This document shows positions 13,291-26,683 of a stretch of DNA of 64,000 nt, piece by piece. A program made the position numbers and the translations under genes. Position 1 is the stretch's first letter. Every line of letters starts with the position of its first letter. The stretch comes from Eledone cirrhosa (taxonomy: Eukaryota): positions 194,122,001 through 194,186,000 of the forward strand of contig OZ024743.1 of NCBI GenBank assembly GCA_964016885.1, given 5' to 3'. The notes beneath the pieces are model-generated. The model made no database searches and was not told the origin of the DNA. It was given only the letters and a program-made list of their open reading frames with translations.

Positions 13291-14789
13291 CCAATCTCTA
13301 AAAGACTATTAAAAAAAACAAAAACAGAGTGGAAATCTCGTAGCTGTCCCTTCCATATAATTTCAAATCGCTTGAAAACGTTACTGGTACTCATCCTATC
13401 TCACAATCTAAATGACAACAAAACAACCCTTCCTCCTCACACAAAGGATTACCATGTTTACTTCAAACTGTCAGATAGTCCTCACTGAAAACCAAAGAAA
13501 ATCTACTAGTGATGCACATCGTCCGAGTAAGAGAAATTAAAAATGAGTGAAGTAATATCCAGAAATACATTCAGAAATATGATCTAGACAATGAGTTTGC
13601 CTAACTTATTTAATTATTTCAAATAAACTTTTTCTCTGGTTTTAGCATCTTACGATTTCTTCCAAATTTAACAGCATAGAAATAATGTCTTTGTATTGCA
13701 CAATAAACTACAAACAGTAAGATTAGTTATGTAACTACTAAGAAAATATGTGGATGGTTTATATCAAATTCTCAGATAACATATTTTCGCAAACTACCAA
13801 AGAAATATTTAAACAAATATGAAACATGATATTTTAGTGGAGGAGAAACTGGAAGTTGTAACATTTATGTCTTTCCCAAAAGTCCGAATAGCATAACTAA
13901 AATAAAATGACTTCAATATGAATCGATCAGGAATGCAAACTGTTTTATTGGCAGTTTGCTTGTACAGTATGGCGCTAGCCATTGTCGACAAAATTAATTG
14001 CTTTTATTTACGCATGGGGCATTGTTTCGTTTATAACGTCTCCTACCGCATAATCAAGGTAAATTGAATGGAATGACTTTAACCAATATGTCATCGACAC
14101 AAGTATATATTATAAATGTCGCAATGCCACTTGTATAGTTGTATGTTGTGAAATGAAGTTACCCTAGTGTATCACTGGTTTGTGTGACCCTTGCATGACA
14201 AAAGAAAGGGTAGACCATACTGGGAAATTGCCTGACATTACAAACCATAACCTTTATTTTCTTTTTGTTAGGCTTTCACTTGAAAGAACAAATTTCAACA
14301 TTTTACTTCATTTCAAAAGTCTCATGAGTATAAGTTAGCAAATATATTTGATGTGCCACCGGTTCTACTAAACACGTTTTGCTTTATTTAAGCTAATGAA
14401 ATAGGCGGTGAATTGGCGGAGTTGTTAGCACGACAGATAAACTGACATAAAGGACACGCGGTCAAACCGCTTGAGTTGTGCCACGACGACTAGTTGCTCA
14501 GTACCTCTCAAGGCCTGAACACAGCCACTTTAAAAGAAGGAGGGATTGTCAGAAAGAGGAGGTGAGAAAGAGATATAGCGAAATAGTCGACCCTCTCTAC
14601 TATCCCAGTGTCCAGTCCCGAAGTAAATTTAGCCTACTTGCAGAAGCAGTTATCAGGGTCAGACGTATGAACTAGTGTACCTGTCCACTCCCAAAGTTGA
14701 CGCTGCGAAACGTCAAAGCATCTTCTCTCTCCGAACATCCCCGTTATATATATATTGTTTCTTCAGATTACTTCACTCTATTTTCTAAG

Positions 14790-14832
<43 letters not shown>

Positions 14833-14836
<4 letters not shown>

Positions 14837-15218
14837 TATGTATGTATACGTACATACATATATGTATACAGACGTACAGTAGCATGTATATATATACATA
14901 CAGGCACACATATATATATGCACGTATCAGCACGTTCAACCATCTGGCAGAAAGGTATACGGTGCTGAAGATAGCTAATAAGCTTGAAACTAGTACATCG
15001 TTCCTGTGTCAGTGTTGAACAAAAAGGTGACGTGGTTGCCTAAACACTGTACGGCGTAATTCAGGCTGTTTGTTTGTTTACAAACAAACAAACCGAACAT
15101 TATAATAAATGTTCGGTAAACTGATACGTGCATATATATATGTGTGCCTGTATGTATATATATACATGCTACTGTACGTCTGTATACATATATGTATGTA
15201 CGTATACATACATACTTA
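14833..15218. mobile_element. Mini-element with about 98-bp inverted arms enclosing a hammerhead ribozyme
   Basis: 14833-14930 is the reverse complement of 15121-15218. (TA)n lies directly to the left and shortly to the right. Confidence 0.75.
14959..15001 (+). ncRNA. Minimal type-I hammerhead ribozyme
   Basis: acggtg-CTGAAGA-t agct aata agct t-GAAAC-ta-GTA-catcgt. Stem I is 6 bp, stem II is 4 bp, and stem III is the palindrome ACTAGT. Confidence 0.85.
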
Positions 15219-15274
15219 CATTTAAGTAAGTGCCGTATAAGAGTGAGAAATGAAATTTTGTTTCATTCTATTCC

Positions 15275-15327
<53 letters not shown>

Positions 15328-15329
<2 letters not shown>

Positions 15330-15430
15330 CAGATATAAATATATATATATATAGTCTATCAAAGTTCTTTCGTTGCACATCTGCAACATCATCAGTGGTA
15401 CTATTATGTTTCCTCCCATTGTATTGTATT
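15328..15430 (-). mobile_element. Fragment of the pLTR of the 31-37 kb PLE family, with hammerhead core
   Basis: The minus strand reads CTGATGA-tgttgcagatgtgcaac-GAAA, the same stem II as at 31.2, 35.4 and 63.5 kb. It is flanked by TA runs. Confidence 0.75.
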
Positions 15431-16072
15431 ATATATATATATTGTATTATATATATATATATATAAAACATGAGAAGAAAGAAGAATACATGCGATGAAA
15501 TACCAATGATGGTTGGAAAATCACTGACGAATGACTATTTTTATCATATTTAACCCATGTGCAAACCACGCAGTATTCTTCTTTCTTCTCATGCTTTTTA
15601 TATATATTTACCTCGGCTGCGTTTGTCTGTTTCTCTCTTACTGCTTCCCCGTTTTCTCTGTTACTATCACCTTCTTTCGCCCCCTCTGTCAGTTACACTT
15701 TCTCTCGACTGACCTCTTCCTCACACTTCCACTCACTCACTCTCTGTTTCTCCCCTTCTCACTTCCTCCCGTTTGGCTTGTAGTGGGTCTCTTCTTGCTT
15801 ACATCTCACAGACATCGGACGGTCTGTACCTCTCTCGCTCATGAAATCCACCCAGCATATGCTGACACCGGACAACCATGTTGCTTGTTTATTTTCCTAT
15901 TTTCGGTTTGCTTTTATCCTTCTATGTTGTTTACTTGTCGCCCTCGCTTTACGCGAATTACTGGTCCCAATAACTTTTTTTAGTTATTGCTCGCACCAAC
16001 CTGAGGTATCTGATTTTTAATGCGATAAAATACCAATGATGGTTGGAAAATCACTGACGAAGGACTAATTTT

Positions 16073-16146
<74 letters not shown>

Positions 16147-16150
<4 letters not shown>

Positions 16151-16757
16151 AATGAGAGGTATACAAATATATGTGTATACATACATATACATGCATATAT
16201 AAACATATATTTTTCACAAGTATATGAGATTGTATGTTGTCGACCTTAACCAGTGTTACTCTATGATTATGAGAGACAAAATAATCGAATTATTTCGATT
16301 ATTTTGGTTAAGGTCGACAACATACAATCTCATATACTTGTGAAAAATATATGTTTATATATACATGTATATGTATGTATACACATATATTTGTATACCT
16401 CTCATTATTGTCTCTAACTCCCTCACGGTAGAGTAACCACGGAAGTATAGTGACTGCTTTCAAGCAAACACTATATACACTTCTAGTCAACCTTACCACC
16501 CCTCTGTAGCCTATGTATCATATCAATATCTCCCTCCGCCTTCTGAGATATTTTCACTGCTACAAGGGATTAATCCCCTTTCTCGCATGCTACGGACGTA
16601 TGTAGTTAGGGCTCTTCCCTGAGGTGCTCTCTTGATAAGCTGGCTTACCTCACAACAATGTTACATATCTATGATATAACATTCTTGCATAGTGACCATC
16701 GAAACTGTACAGTCGGGACAATAGAAAAAATAGGTATATTGTATCTATTATTTCTTT

Positions 16758-16760
<3 letters not shown>
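16147..16760 (+). mobile_element. (TA)n-embedded mini-element with an inverted arm and a U3-A8 hammerhead
   Basis: 16147-16252 is the reverse complement of 16305-16410. The hammerhead lies at 16628-16718, and (TA)n flanks both sides. Confidence 0.7.
16628..16718 (+). ncRNA. Type-I hammerhead ribozyme, U3-A8 core variant with long stem II
   Basis: tctc-TTGATAA-gctgg...aatgtta...taacatt...ccatc-GAAAC-tgtaca-GTC-ggga. Stem III is the palindrome ACTGTACAGT. Confidence 0.7.
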
Positions 16761-16811
<51 letters not shown>

Positions 16812-17210
16812 GTGTTCGCTCCAAAATAGTTGTAAAGTTTGTATATCGAATAATATATAAGTTTACGAAGAATAAATATTTGAAAATCTTTAGCTATGAC
16901 TGTTAAATGCAGTGGCCGTCGTCACTAATCTAATGGCAATAGGCAGAGTTGATAGAATTTTCGGTAGAATGGGTTGGGGTATTCGTTCTGGGTAGAATGA
17001 GTTCAAATCCTGCCATAGTCAACTTCATCTATTCTTTTGAGATTGATAACTAAAGCTCCAGTATCGGGGTCGATACTTTCTACATCTCACTTTCTCTCAT
17101 TTCCCATTATTTCTCGGGAAGAAATTGAATGTGTTGAGTTCAGGAGATATGCCATATGTCACAATGACACGTCTACGACTGGATCAGGGCCCATAGCACG
17201 GCTTATCATA

Positions 17211-17404
17211 CAGTGTCGCATTTACCATTGTGCTTTGGTGTGCTTAAATACTGGGGCCCGTTGGCCAGTGGGTGGGGGTGGGGATCTTTCTGCCCAAAAC
17301 ATTTTTTACGACGAATTTCTAAAATGTTTTTCAAATGTCAAACGTTCAAAAGGGCCTCATAACGTAACCAGCAGAGGGCCTCATTTCTCCTAAACCCGGC
17401 ACTG
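17211..17404. mobile_element. hAT-type MITE
   Basis: Imperfect TIRs CAGTGTCGCATTTA / TAAACCCGGCACTG (11/14) and an 8-bp TSD TTATCATA / TTAGCATA (7/8). Confidence 0.7.
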
Positions 17405-17974
17405 TTAGCATACTAAAAAGAAAACCTCCACTATTAAACACTGTCGACATAAATTTAGTTCATGACTTCTGTGATCATATAACTGAATTGAAGTAAAGAA
17501 AAAATATTAGAAATGTTTTTTTTTTTGTTCTGATATTCGTTTTATTTATTCGAACATATTTATTTCATTGTCAGGAACTTCATCAAATATGGAGACGTTT
17601 CCTGTTAATTTGTTGACGTCATTCTCATAGCAGCTTTGTTTAGAGATCAGCAACTTTGTAATGTATAGACATTACGCACTCGCATACACGTATGTATGTA
17701 CTTCTGGTTTTATAATTTCACAAAGTTTTGACAATAGAGAGAGAGAGTCGGTTTCTAACATAGATACAAGACTCTCTCATTGGAATTTACACAACATCAA
17801 CTAGGTAGATATGTATGCATGTCTGCATGTGTATGCATGTATGGATGTTTTTGTATGTGTGGAGGTGTTTGTTTTGAGTTATGTGTGCATATGCTTTGTA
17901 TCTGTACATGTGTACATGGCGTTATTAGACGCATAATTTTTGGAATGATTTACATATTTCTACTGTTTTATTAA

Positions 17975-18975
17975 TGGATAGTGCTTGTAATTTCCAAACT
18001 AGTTGTATTCTTTCTGTTTCTGAGAAGCCTAGCTTCCAAAATTTGTACTGAGGCAGTTACTAACATATCCCAGTGCCCCAATAACAACAGGTATAAATCT
18101 GAAGGTATAGTCAGGGTGGAGTATCTGCAGATTTCTCATTAGTTCTGCATAGATATTCTCCTTTTCGCTGATCTTTAATATCATATTGGCATCTGCTGGG
18201 CAGCTAACTTCTACTACTCTGCATGCCTTCTTTTCCCTGTCTCATATCATTATATCTGGTCGGTTAAGTTTGCATTTTATTAAGGTTTTGACTGGAACAT
18301 TCCACCAGTAGTCTTTCATATTATGTATATGTCTTCCATATTGCTGTAACTTTTAATGTGTTTCTTGTTGGGGCTATCTTTTCTACGGATTGCTTTTGTA
18401 CAGTGTTTTGGCAACTACATCATACCTCATAGGTAGGTAGTACCCTGATGACATCTTTGGACAGCTGCTTATGACATGGGTGAAATTTCCGATGTTAATT
18501 CTGCAGAGTCTGCATTTGTTGTTGCATCTATGTGTTTTGCCTGCATCCCTATCTCTTTTGTGAATCAAGTATTTTGTGTTGATTTCATGTTTTGGATTGC
18601 AAAAGCATATCCTTCAAAGTGGGAGTAAATATAGCGGCTGTTGGTCCAAGATAGACTACTTTGCTTATCAATATTACACTCACTCTGGAGCTTCCTGGCA
18701 ACATATCCATGCATGTTATTTGCTGATATGCATGCAGTTTTTCATCCATGGATTCACTGTAGTATTGCTGGGCAGTGTCCCTGAGTGTGAGCTTCTGATT
18801 GTTATGCAGGGAGTATCTTTCAAGGAGTTCCTTCGCAACTCTCATGATCTTATCTGTCTCATGCAGACAGACTTGCTCAATAGATGGGCTCCTACGTTTG
18901 GCGGTTCATAAATGTTGTTGGAGGGATATGATGCCACATTCAAATGCTGTCTGGACTGATGTTAGGCCTCTGTCT
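17975..18975 (-). pseudogene. 3' part of an RLE-type non-LTR retrotransposon (R4/Dong- or NeSL-like)
   Basis: CCHC knuckle CRLCRINIGNFTHVISSC, then YWWNVPVKT...NRPDIMI*DREKKACRVVEVSCP...FIPVVIGALG, a PD-(D/E)xK restriction-like endonuclease. It has stops and frameshifts. Confidence 0.85.
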
Positions 18976-19153
18976 GTATGTTGGTATTATGTATGTATAT
19001 ATACATATACCTACATACCTATATATATATGTATATGAATGTCTATGTGAGTGTATGTATAGGTGTATATATATATATATGTATATACATATATATATGT
19101 ATATACACACATATATATATATATACACACCTATACACACACACACATACACA

Positions 19154-19213
<60 letters not shown>

Positions 19214-19216
19214 TAT

Positions 19217-19727
19217 ACTGATTAATGTTCAGAGCCATCCTCAGCATTCTCGTGTAGCACCCATCCACCATCTGAGTGAGTCTCTTGGTCAGTGTCCAAG
19301 TCTCAGACCCACACAGCAGCACAGACTCCACTACAGCAATGAAGAGGCGGATTTTCAGGTCTCTACGAAGGTCCGACTTCCACACCGATCTCAAGCTGTG
19401 ACACGCCGCCCAGGCCTTGCTCTTCCTCTCAACCACATCATCTTCCGTATTCCCAATCTTTGCTCCCAAATACAGGAAGTCCTCAACCAATTCCAGCGGC
19501 TTCCCGCCTACATTAGTGATCCCCCTGGCTTCTCAACATTCTCTACCAGATATTTTGTTTTAGTCTCATTCATTCTCAGCCCCACACTCATCGACACAGT
19601 CTCAACCTCCCGCATCAAATCCTCTGCCTCCTTCACTGTATTTGTCACCAAAACTATGTCGTCGGCAAATTCAGCATCCGATACCTTTTTCGCCCCAACT
19701 CTCCTGCTCTGAGCCGGTGCTACAGTA
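19217..19727 (-). pseudogene. RTE-clade LINE RT fragment (inverted 5' part)
   Basis: [10 protein letters not shown] (RT catalytic motif), [30 protein letters not shown]. Confidence 0.85.
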
Positions 19728-20040
19728 AAAGAGGATGAAAAACTCAGAGCTGTATGGGAGCATCCTAAAAGTCAGCTCAAAAGTGACACAGAGGAGACTG
19801 AGGTTGGCTGGACATGCTCACCGACATCCAGAGTTGACATTGCACTCAGTGCTCCTTTGGGAGCCCCTACATGGACACACTAGAAGAGGAAGACCAAGGT
19901 TAACATATGTTGATGCCCTAAGGACAGACACTGGTCTGTTGGAGATGCAGGATATGGCAGCGATAATGAGGGACAGAGACCGCTGGAGAGAACTCGTCCA
20001 TGGATCTCGGGAATTTTACCCGCCTTAGATAGATAGATAG
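19728..20040 (+). pseudogene. RTE-clade LINE 3' end with a (TAGA)n tail
   Basis: MKNSELYG...RRLRLAGH...RRGRPRLTYVDAL...DRDRWR, then a stop, a (TAGA)n tail and the TSD ATATATATAGGTAT. Confidence 0.85.
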
Positions 20041-21162
20041 ATATATATAGGTATGTAGGTATATGTATATATACATACATAATACATATATACATATATA
20101 AATGCATATACATACGTACATACATGCATACATACATACATACATACATACATACATACATACATACATACATACATACATACATACATACATACATACA
20201 TAGAACAGCAATAATATGTAAAACATTCCAAAAATGTTGCATCTAATAACTACATATACACATGTACAGATACAAAGCATATACGCATGCACACATACAA
20301 CTCAAAACATCCATATCAACACATACAATAACATCCATATCTACACATGCATGCATACATACATATCTACCTAGTTGATGTTGTGTAAATTCCAGTAAGA
20401 GAGTCTTGTGTCTATGTTAGAAACCGACTCTCTTTCTATTGGTAAAACTTTGTGAAATTATAAAACCAGAAGAACATGCATACATACATACATACATATA
20501 AAACATACTTATATATACCCATACATGCATACATATAAAATATACTTATATATACACATACATGCATACATATAAAATATACTTATATATACACATACAT
20601 GCATACATATAAAATATACTTATATATATATATATATATACATACATACACATACAAACATACATACATACCTATACATACATATACACATCTATACCTA
20701 CATGCAAGAACATCACTGACACAAGTTACCAGTAGAAGCATTAATGTAACACCTTCATTGTCAACATATGCTATCATCGAGAGTAATCCGGCTTGTGTTC
20801 CTTCTTTGATCACTTCTTACAGTTAGATGTACTGAGTGGCCGAACATATCTAGTAGAACTTTTGTATTCGGGTTTGTTTGTTCTGGCGGTGTGTACGTGA
20901 CAGTGAACAGTTCTGTTGCTATAGGAGATTAGAATAGATACTGCTCACTGTTCCTAAAATAAGTATATAACAACACAAGGTGAATGAATGAATGTATAGG
21001 ATCGTTTTATTGGGTACGCAACAATTGGTTGTCAAGGAAACGGTCTACTGAATTATGTATATATCTGAGAACAGGTATGACCGTGGAAGTGGGCTTGTAC
21101 GCTGACTGATGTACAATACACAGGCTGACACCTTTTCCTCCGCCATGTATATGTAAATATAT

Positions 21163-21221
<59 letters not shown>

Positions 21222-21376
21222 TGTGTGTGCGTGTGTGTGTGAAAGTGTGTATACATACATTTACATATATATATATATACACATATACACACATATAAAT
21301 GTGTGTATATATATATATATATATATATTATATGAACATACACACACATAGATGTGTATGTATGTATATATATTGC

Positions 21377-21441
<65 letters not shown>

Positions 21442-21694
21442 AAGGAAATAAATGAAGGAGAAGAAAACGCCAACACATTTTAAAGCTATACGTATACTGA
21501 CATGTGAATACATTGACACCATTTCAAAAGATCATGTTTGTTTGAACACGAGTTTCTTAAAGTAAAACAAGGCTAGAATCTTGTAATGAAAAGATGCAGT
21601 CCTGTGATTCTAAACGTATTGCACACGACTTTGCAAGATGTAGGGTAATTTGAATATATATATATATATATATATACACACCCATCCACACATG

Positions 21695-21798
<104 letters not shown>

Positions 21799-23103
21799 CA
21801 GGGTGGGGCATAAAAACTGTTACAAAATAAAATGCAAATAGTTCTTGAAAAAAACATTTATTTCAAGATCTGACTTCAATAAATAGTAAGTAATATACTA
21901 TTAAACAACTGCACACAAATTTATTCGAAATGCTTTCCTCTAACTCTCACCACCGCTGGAAGTCTTCTAGGAAAGTCTTCGATGACTGCACGAACAGTTT
22001 CCATGGGTATTTTCTCCCATTTCTTTATTCAGTTTTGATTTTAGAGTTTCAATATTTTGGCTAGGCGTAGAGCAGGTTTCACTCTCAAGAATTGACCGTA
22101 AAGAAAAATCGAGAGGGTTGAGATCTGGTGATGTGGGAGGCCACTCTTCCTTACTGATCCATGCAGGACAATGGTCTCTACACCACTGTTGTGTTATGCA
22201 AGCAGTGTGACTCGTCGCTCCATCTTGTTGGAGAGTCCAAATGTCATCGCCATAAACAGATATGCACCATGGCATCAGTGCTCCTTCCAAAATGTCCTTT
22301 ATGCAAAGTTCTTTGTTAATTTTAACTCCTTGGGGCACAAAAATCAGAGGAGACTTACCTCTTTCAGAAATGGCTGCCCAAATCATCACTGATGCTGGTT
22401 TCTGTGTTCTGAACGCTTTTCCTACACTTGAAGGAATTGATTTGAGACTTTTTGCAAGTACTCGATCATTTTGATGATTGTGAGACTGCTGCACAGTGAA
22501 TAACTTCTCATCTGTAAAGATGATGTTTTGTAGCGTGCCATCCTTGATACAGTTCAATAACAGTTTACTTCTGGAGAGCCTCTTTTCAATTGTGGCTGCA
22601 GAAAGAAGCTACCTCTTTTGGAACTTATAGGGTGACATCCCCAGATTATCTCAACATATCCTCCGCATAGTTCTCGGCGATGTTTCTGCTTCTTCTGCCA
22701 TTTTTCTCATGGACCTTCTTGGATTACGCCTTATTTTTTCCCTCACACTTTTAACGAGTTTTGGTGTTCTTGAGGTGCGAGGGCGTCTGGATCGAGGTCT
22801 GTCTTTGATCGAGGAAGTTTCCTTAAATCGATCTATTGTCCTTTTGATCAACATTCTATTGATCTTAAGAATTTCCCCCAGTTTAAATATCTCGGGTGGA
22901 GTCAGGCCTTTTTCATGCTTCTCTATTATGAACTTTCTTTTCAATTCTATGGACATTGCAAATTGTTAATGGAGTAATGTTCTGAAAAATAGTTAATATG
23001 GTTATAGTGCATGGATTTGATACAAATATATTAATTATATTAGCAACATAATGTATTTTTAAATTGATTTAAAACTTTGTAACAGGAATTATGCCCCACC
23101 CTG
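21799..23103 (-). mobile_element. Tc1/mariner DNA transposon, DD37D (maT) family, 1305 bp
   Basis: 28-bp TIRs CAGGGTGGGGCATAAAAACTGTTACAAA / TTTGTAACAGGAATTATGCCCCACCCTG (3 mismatches), with TA on both sides. Confidence 0.95.
21967..22956 (-). pseudogene. Disrupted DD37D transposase
   Basis: N-terminal HTH region with DRPRSRRPRTSRT. Catalytic motifs IIFTDEK, QQDGATSH and SPDLNPLD, with 37 residues between the second and third D. It is split into two ORFs. Confidence 0.9.
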
Positions 23104-23490
23104 TATATATATATTTGAAATAGTGTGCGCACAGAGCAAAGACAATGGAAAAAACCGGAAAGATGGAGAGGTTTATCTCCTCAGTGAACCTCTGGAAATC
23201 ACTACTGTTTTAGTAAATTAAAGTCGATACTTTTCATTCCAATGTACATTGGGACACAGCAAAATAGGTAGAGACGAGTTATGCCTTTAGGCAAATTACA
23301 CAAATATAGAGTGTGTAACGGCTCACCTAAAGTAGAAAAATATAGAAAGGAAAGAAATAGTAAAATAGAAGAAAATAAGGATTGTTGTGCAACGTGCAGA
23401 CAAAGAAGGACACTGAGGCGTAGAAATGTTAAGAAGGGAGAATAGGGGAAAAAGAGACTGCGCGTTGTGATGTCTATTGTATGATATTCT

Positions 23491-23526
<36 letters not shown>

Positions 23527-24326
23527 AGATTCAGAACCCCGCCGGCTGAGCTCCGGTCATTTCGACAACTAGATCTGAACTAAAGCCCCGGCGGGAATAT
23601 AGCTGAACTCCTGAAGGGGCATAATCCATAAATGGGCAGACATTCTAAGCAAAAATAAGTCTTTTGTTTTTTCGTTTTTTTTTATTTTTCTCCGGGAGTG
23701 GTCAGTGATCGGGTGGAGGGGGGTACATTTATTCAAATGTCTGGCTTGGTCCTGCTAAAAGTCTTGAATTATCAAGTTTTATTACACTCATATATACATA
23801 TGATTTAATTTATATACACAGTTAGAGGTAAACATTTGTAATACGTATTTCCCCGAAGCGTAATTGTGCTATCAACAGAAGGCGTGTACATCATGTAAAC
23901 AACCACAAGGAAACACGTAATTGAGGGACATATGTATCCTATCATTTATAATAATATCCTGAAACGGACGTAGTAATTTGAATATTATTAGCGCTTGTGT
24001 TAGTAGTTAATTAAGATAAATAATAATGTTTGCATTAGGCAGCCAAAGTATTAAGTTAGGAGGTAACCGAGACTATAAATGTTTATATACATTTACACAT
24101 TTTAGCCATGTGGACGAATTTCCTGGTAAACTAAATAAACGATAAATACGATTCATCTTTTCTGAGACTGTCTCCAATGCTTCGGACCTCATTGACGCCA
24201 TTTTTTTATGGCTCCATTATAAAAGGTGTTAGTGGGGGCCAGAAGATTTGGAGTCTGTCTTAATGAAAGATCTGAAACTGGCAGCTAGGGAAACAATTGT
24301 TTCTAAATGATAACATAGTTAGTTTA

Positions 24327-24382
<56 letters not shown>

Positions 24383-24427
24383 GTATTTGTCCCCTTCTGT
24401 TGTGCCCCTGTGGCTAATAAAGAAACA

Positions 24428-24495
<68 letters not shown>

Positions 24496-25171
24496 CAGAT
24501 GTCTGTCTGTCTGCCTGCCTGCCTGCCTGTCTGACTGTCTGTCTATCTGCCTATCAATCTATATATCTATATGGATACATACACATACACATACACATAT
24601 ATATATACATATACGCACACAAACGTGTATATGTGTGTGGTGTGTGATGTGTGTGTGTGTGTGTATGTGTGTGTGTATGTGTGTGAAGCATTTATATGTG
24701 TTTATATATTTGTATATATACATTTCCAAATCATTGATCAATTTTTTTAGTTTAAACTTGATGTAAAATTTATGTGAAGGATTCATTAAAATTGCCAGCA
24801 AAGTAATGTTTATGGCGATGATAATAAAATCAAATCCCTGTGGACAACACAGAACTAAAGCCTTCTATAGCAGCACCCTATGTTTGTATAAGTAATGTTG
24901 ACAATAAAACAGTTCTACTTTAGTTATTGCTGGTCGTGCAATATGGCAGAATATAATAAGAGTTAACCAAGAGCAATAAAATTAGCTGTGATTCAATGCG
25001 TAAATATCAATAAAATTAAACTGTCTAATATGTCGTTTGTTTATAAACAAAAAAAAAATATAGACACTTTAATGAACGTTTACAAAAACATTTTGTAGAA
25101 TTAGTGTTTCGAAATAGTAATAATAATAATAAAAACCCACATACACATTGACACACGTAAACATACACGCG

Positions 25172-25203
<32 letters not shown>

Positions 25204-25225
25204 AATATGTATATATGTATATATC

Positions 25226-25292
<67 letters not shown>

Positions 25293-25387
25293 CTATATAT
25301 GTATATATGTATCTATATATATATATATGTATCTATATATATATGTATCTATATATATATCTATGTATATATATATATATATATATG

Positions 25388-25453
<66 letters not shown>

Positions 25454-26198
25454 TAAACATATATATATATATATATATATGTATGTCAGATGTGTGGTTA
25501 GTAAGTTGTTTTTTCACCATATTATTTCGGGTTCAGTACCACATAACTTGTGTATCTTCTTATGGCTTCATGTTGACCTATGCCTCCCTCATTTTGGTTG
25601 GTTTCCAAATAAGAACATGGTCCATTTGTGAAGACATATAGGAAGAAGAAAACTAAATAATTGAGCCCGTTACTATAGTCATATGAATTGCATGTGAGAG
25701 GTGATGTTCTCTCTATTTCACTTACTGCTTCCGTCTCTCTCGCTTTCCCCATCTCTCACTATTATATGCAAACGAGAGCCCCGCTGTCCCGGCAGACAGA
25801 ATAGAGAAAGCGTTTCCCCAGTGGATTGTGAGGGACACACATTGGAAGAGCCATTCCAGCACGCGAGGCTCACATCTGGGGGTAGCCGACTCCGTGCCAG
25901 TGAATTCTGTGTACTGGGTGTAATTATTGCGTCGCAGTGCACAGGGCATGGAATAGAAACGAACGATTTCGTTTGGTCCGGGCTAAATTGTTTACACTCG
26001 CACATAATCTCGAACTTACCACTAATAACTAAATATGTACGCCCTGATTCACTGACTGGCGCTTCGGAAGTGCAAGCTAGTAGGAAAGTTCAACGTACTA
26101 GCAGAAAGTTCAACGTACTAGTTCGAAAGACTTATATATATATATATATATATATATGATATTAAATAAATGGAAACTATATTTATAAAACCATATTT

Positions 26199-26262
26199 AT
26201 TTCGTTATATATATTTCAGGGATATCATATTAACAATATGTTATGCCATCTTCAGACAAAAT
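26199..26262 (-). ncRNA. Minimal type-I hammerhead ribozyme
   Basis: attttgt-CTGAAGA-tggcataacatattgttaatatgatatccct-GAAA-tatata-TA-acgaaat. It lies downstream (on the minus strand) of a degenerate PLE endonuclease C-terminus (…KLELVKIAKHASLFNKRN). Confidence 0.75.
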
Positions 26263-26498
26263 ACAATATAAACAGTCTTATAAATAAATAGATACGACAT
26301 ACCTTTCAATCACCTTGCATTTGGGAGGTTGATTATATATATGATAATAATAATAATAAAAAGGACAATTTGTTATGTCTCCATTGCGTTTATTGAATAG
26401 TGACGCGTGTTTCGCTATTTTGACCAGCTCAAGTTTCGATCTGCATCGATCTAGCCGGTCTCTGGAATCAAAAGCTAGTCGGACTTCTGCTGTGGTAA

Positions 26499-26537
<39 letters not shown>

Positions 26538-26578
26538 GATATATTAACAAATGGAAACTATATTTATAAAACCATATT

Positions 26579-26643
26579 TATTTCATTATACATATTTCAA
26601 GGACACCAAGTTAAATTATGGTATGCTTTCATCAGGTAAAATA
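26579..26643 (-). ncRNA. Minimal type-I hammerhead ribozyme (diverged sibling of the 26.2 kb copy)
   Basis: tattttac-CTGATGA-aagcatacca...tggtgtcctt-GAAA-tatgta-TA-atgaaata. Confidence 0.7.
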
Positions 26644-26683
26644 TAATATAGATCTGTTTTATAAATAAATATTGACATACTCT

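Noticed and set aside
15491-16078. Direct repeat of about 58 bp containing CTGACGA, and the 150-aa ORF 15531..15983
   Set aside because: It is probably another PLE-type terminal repeat, but the GAAA half is degenerate or missing. The ORF is pyrimidine-rich low-complexity sequence with no domain.
25701-26159. 152-aa ORF in a GC-richer island
   Set aside because: There is no recognisable domain or splice pattern. It lies between TA runs and is probably a repeat remnant.
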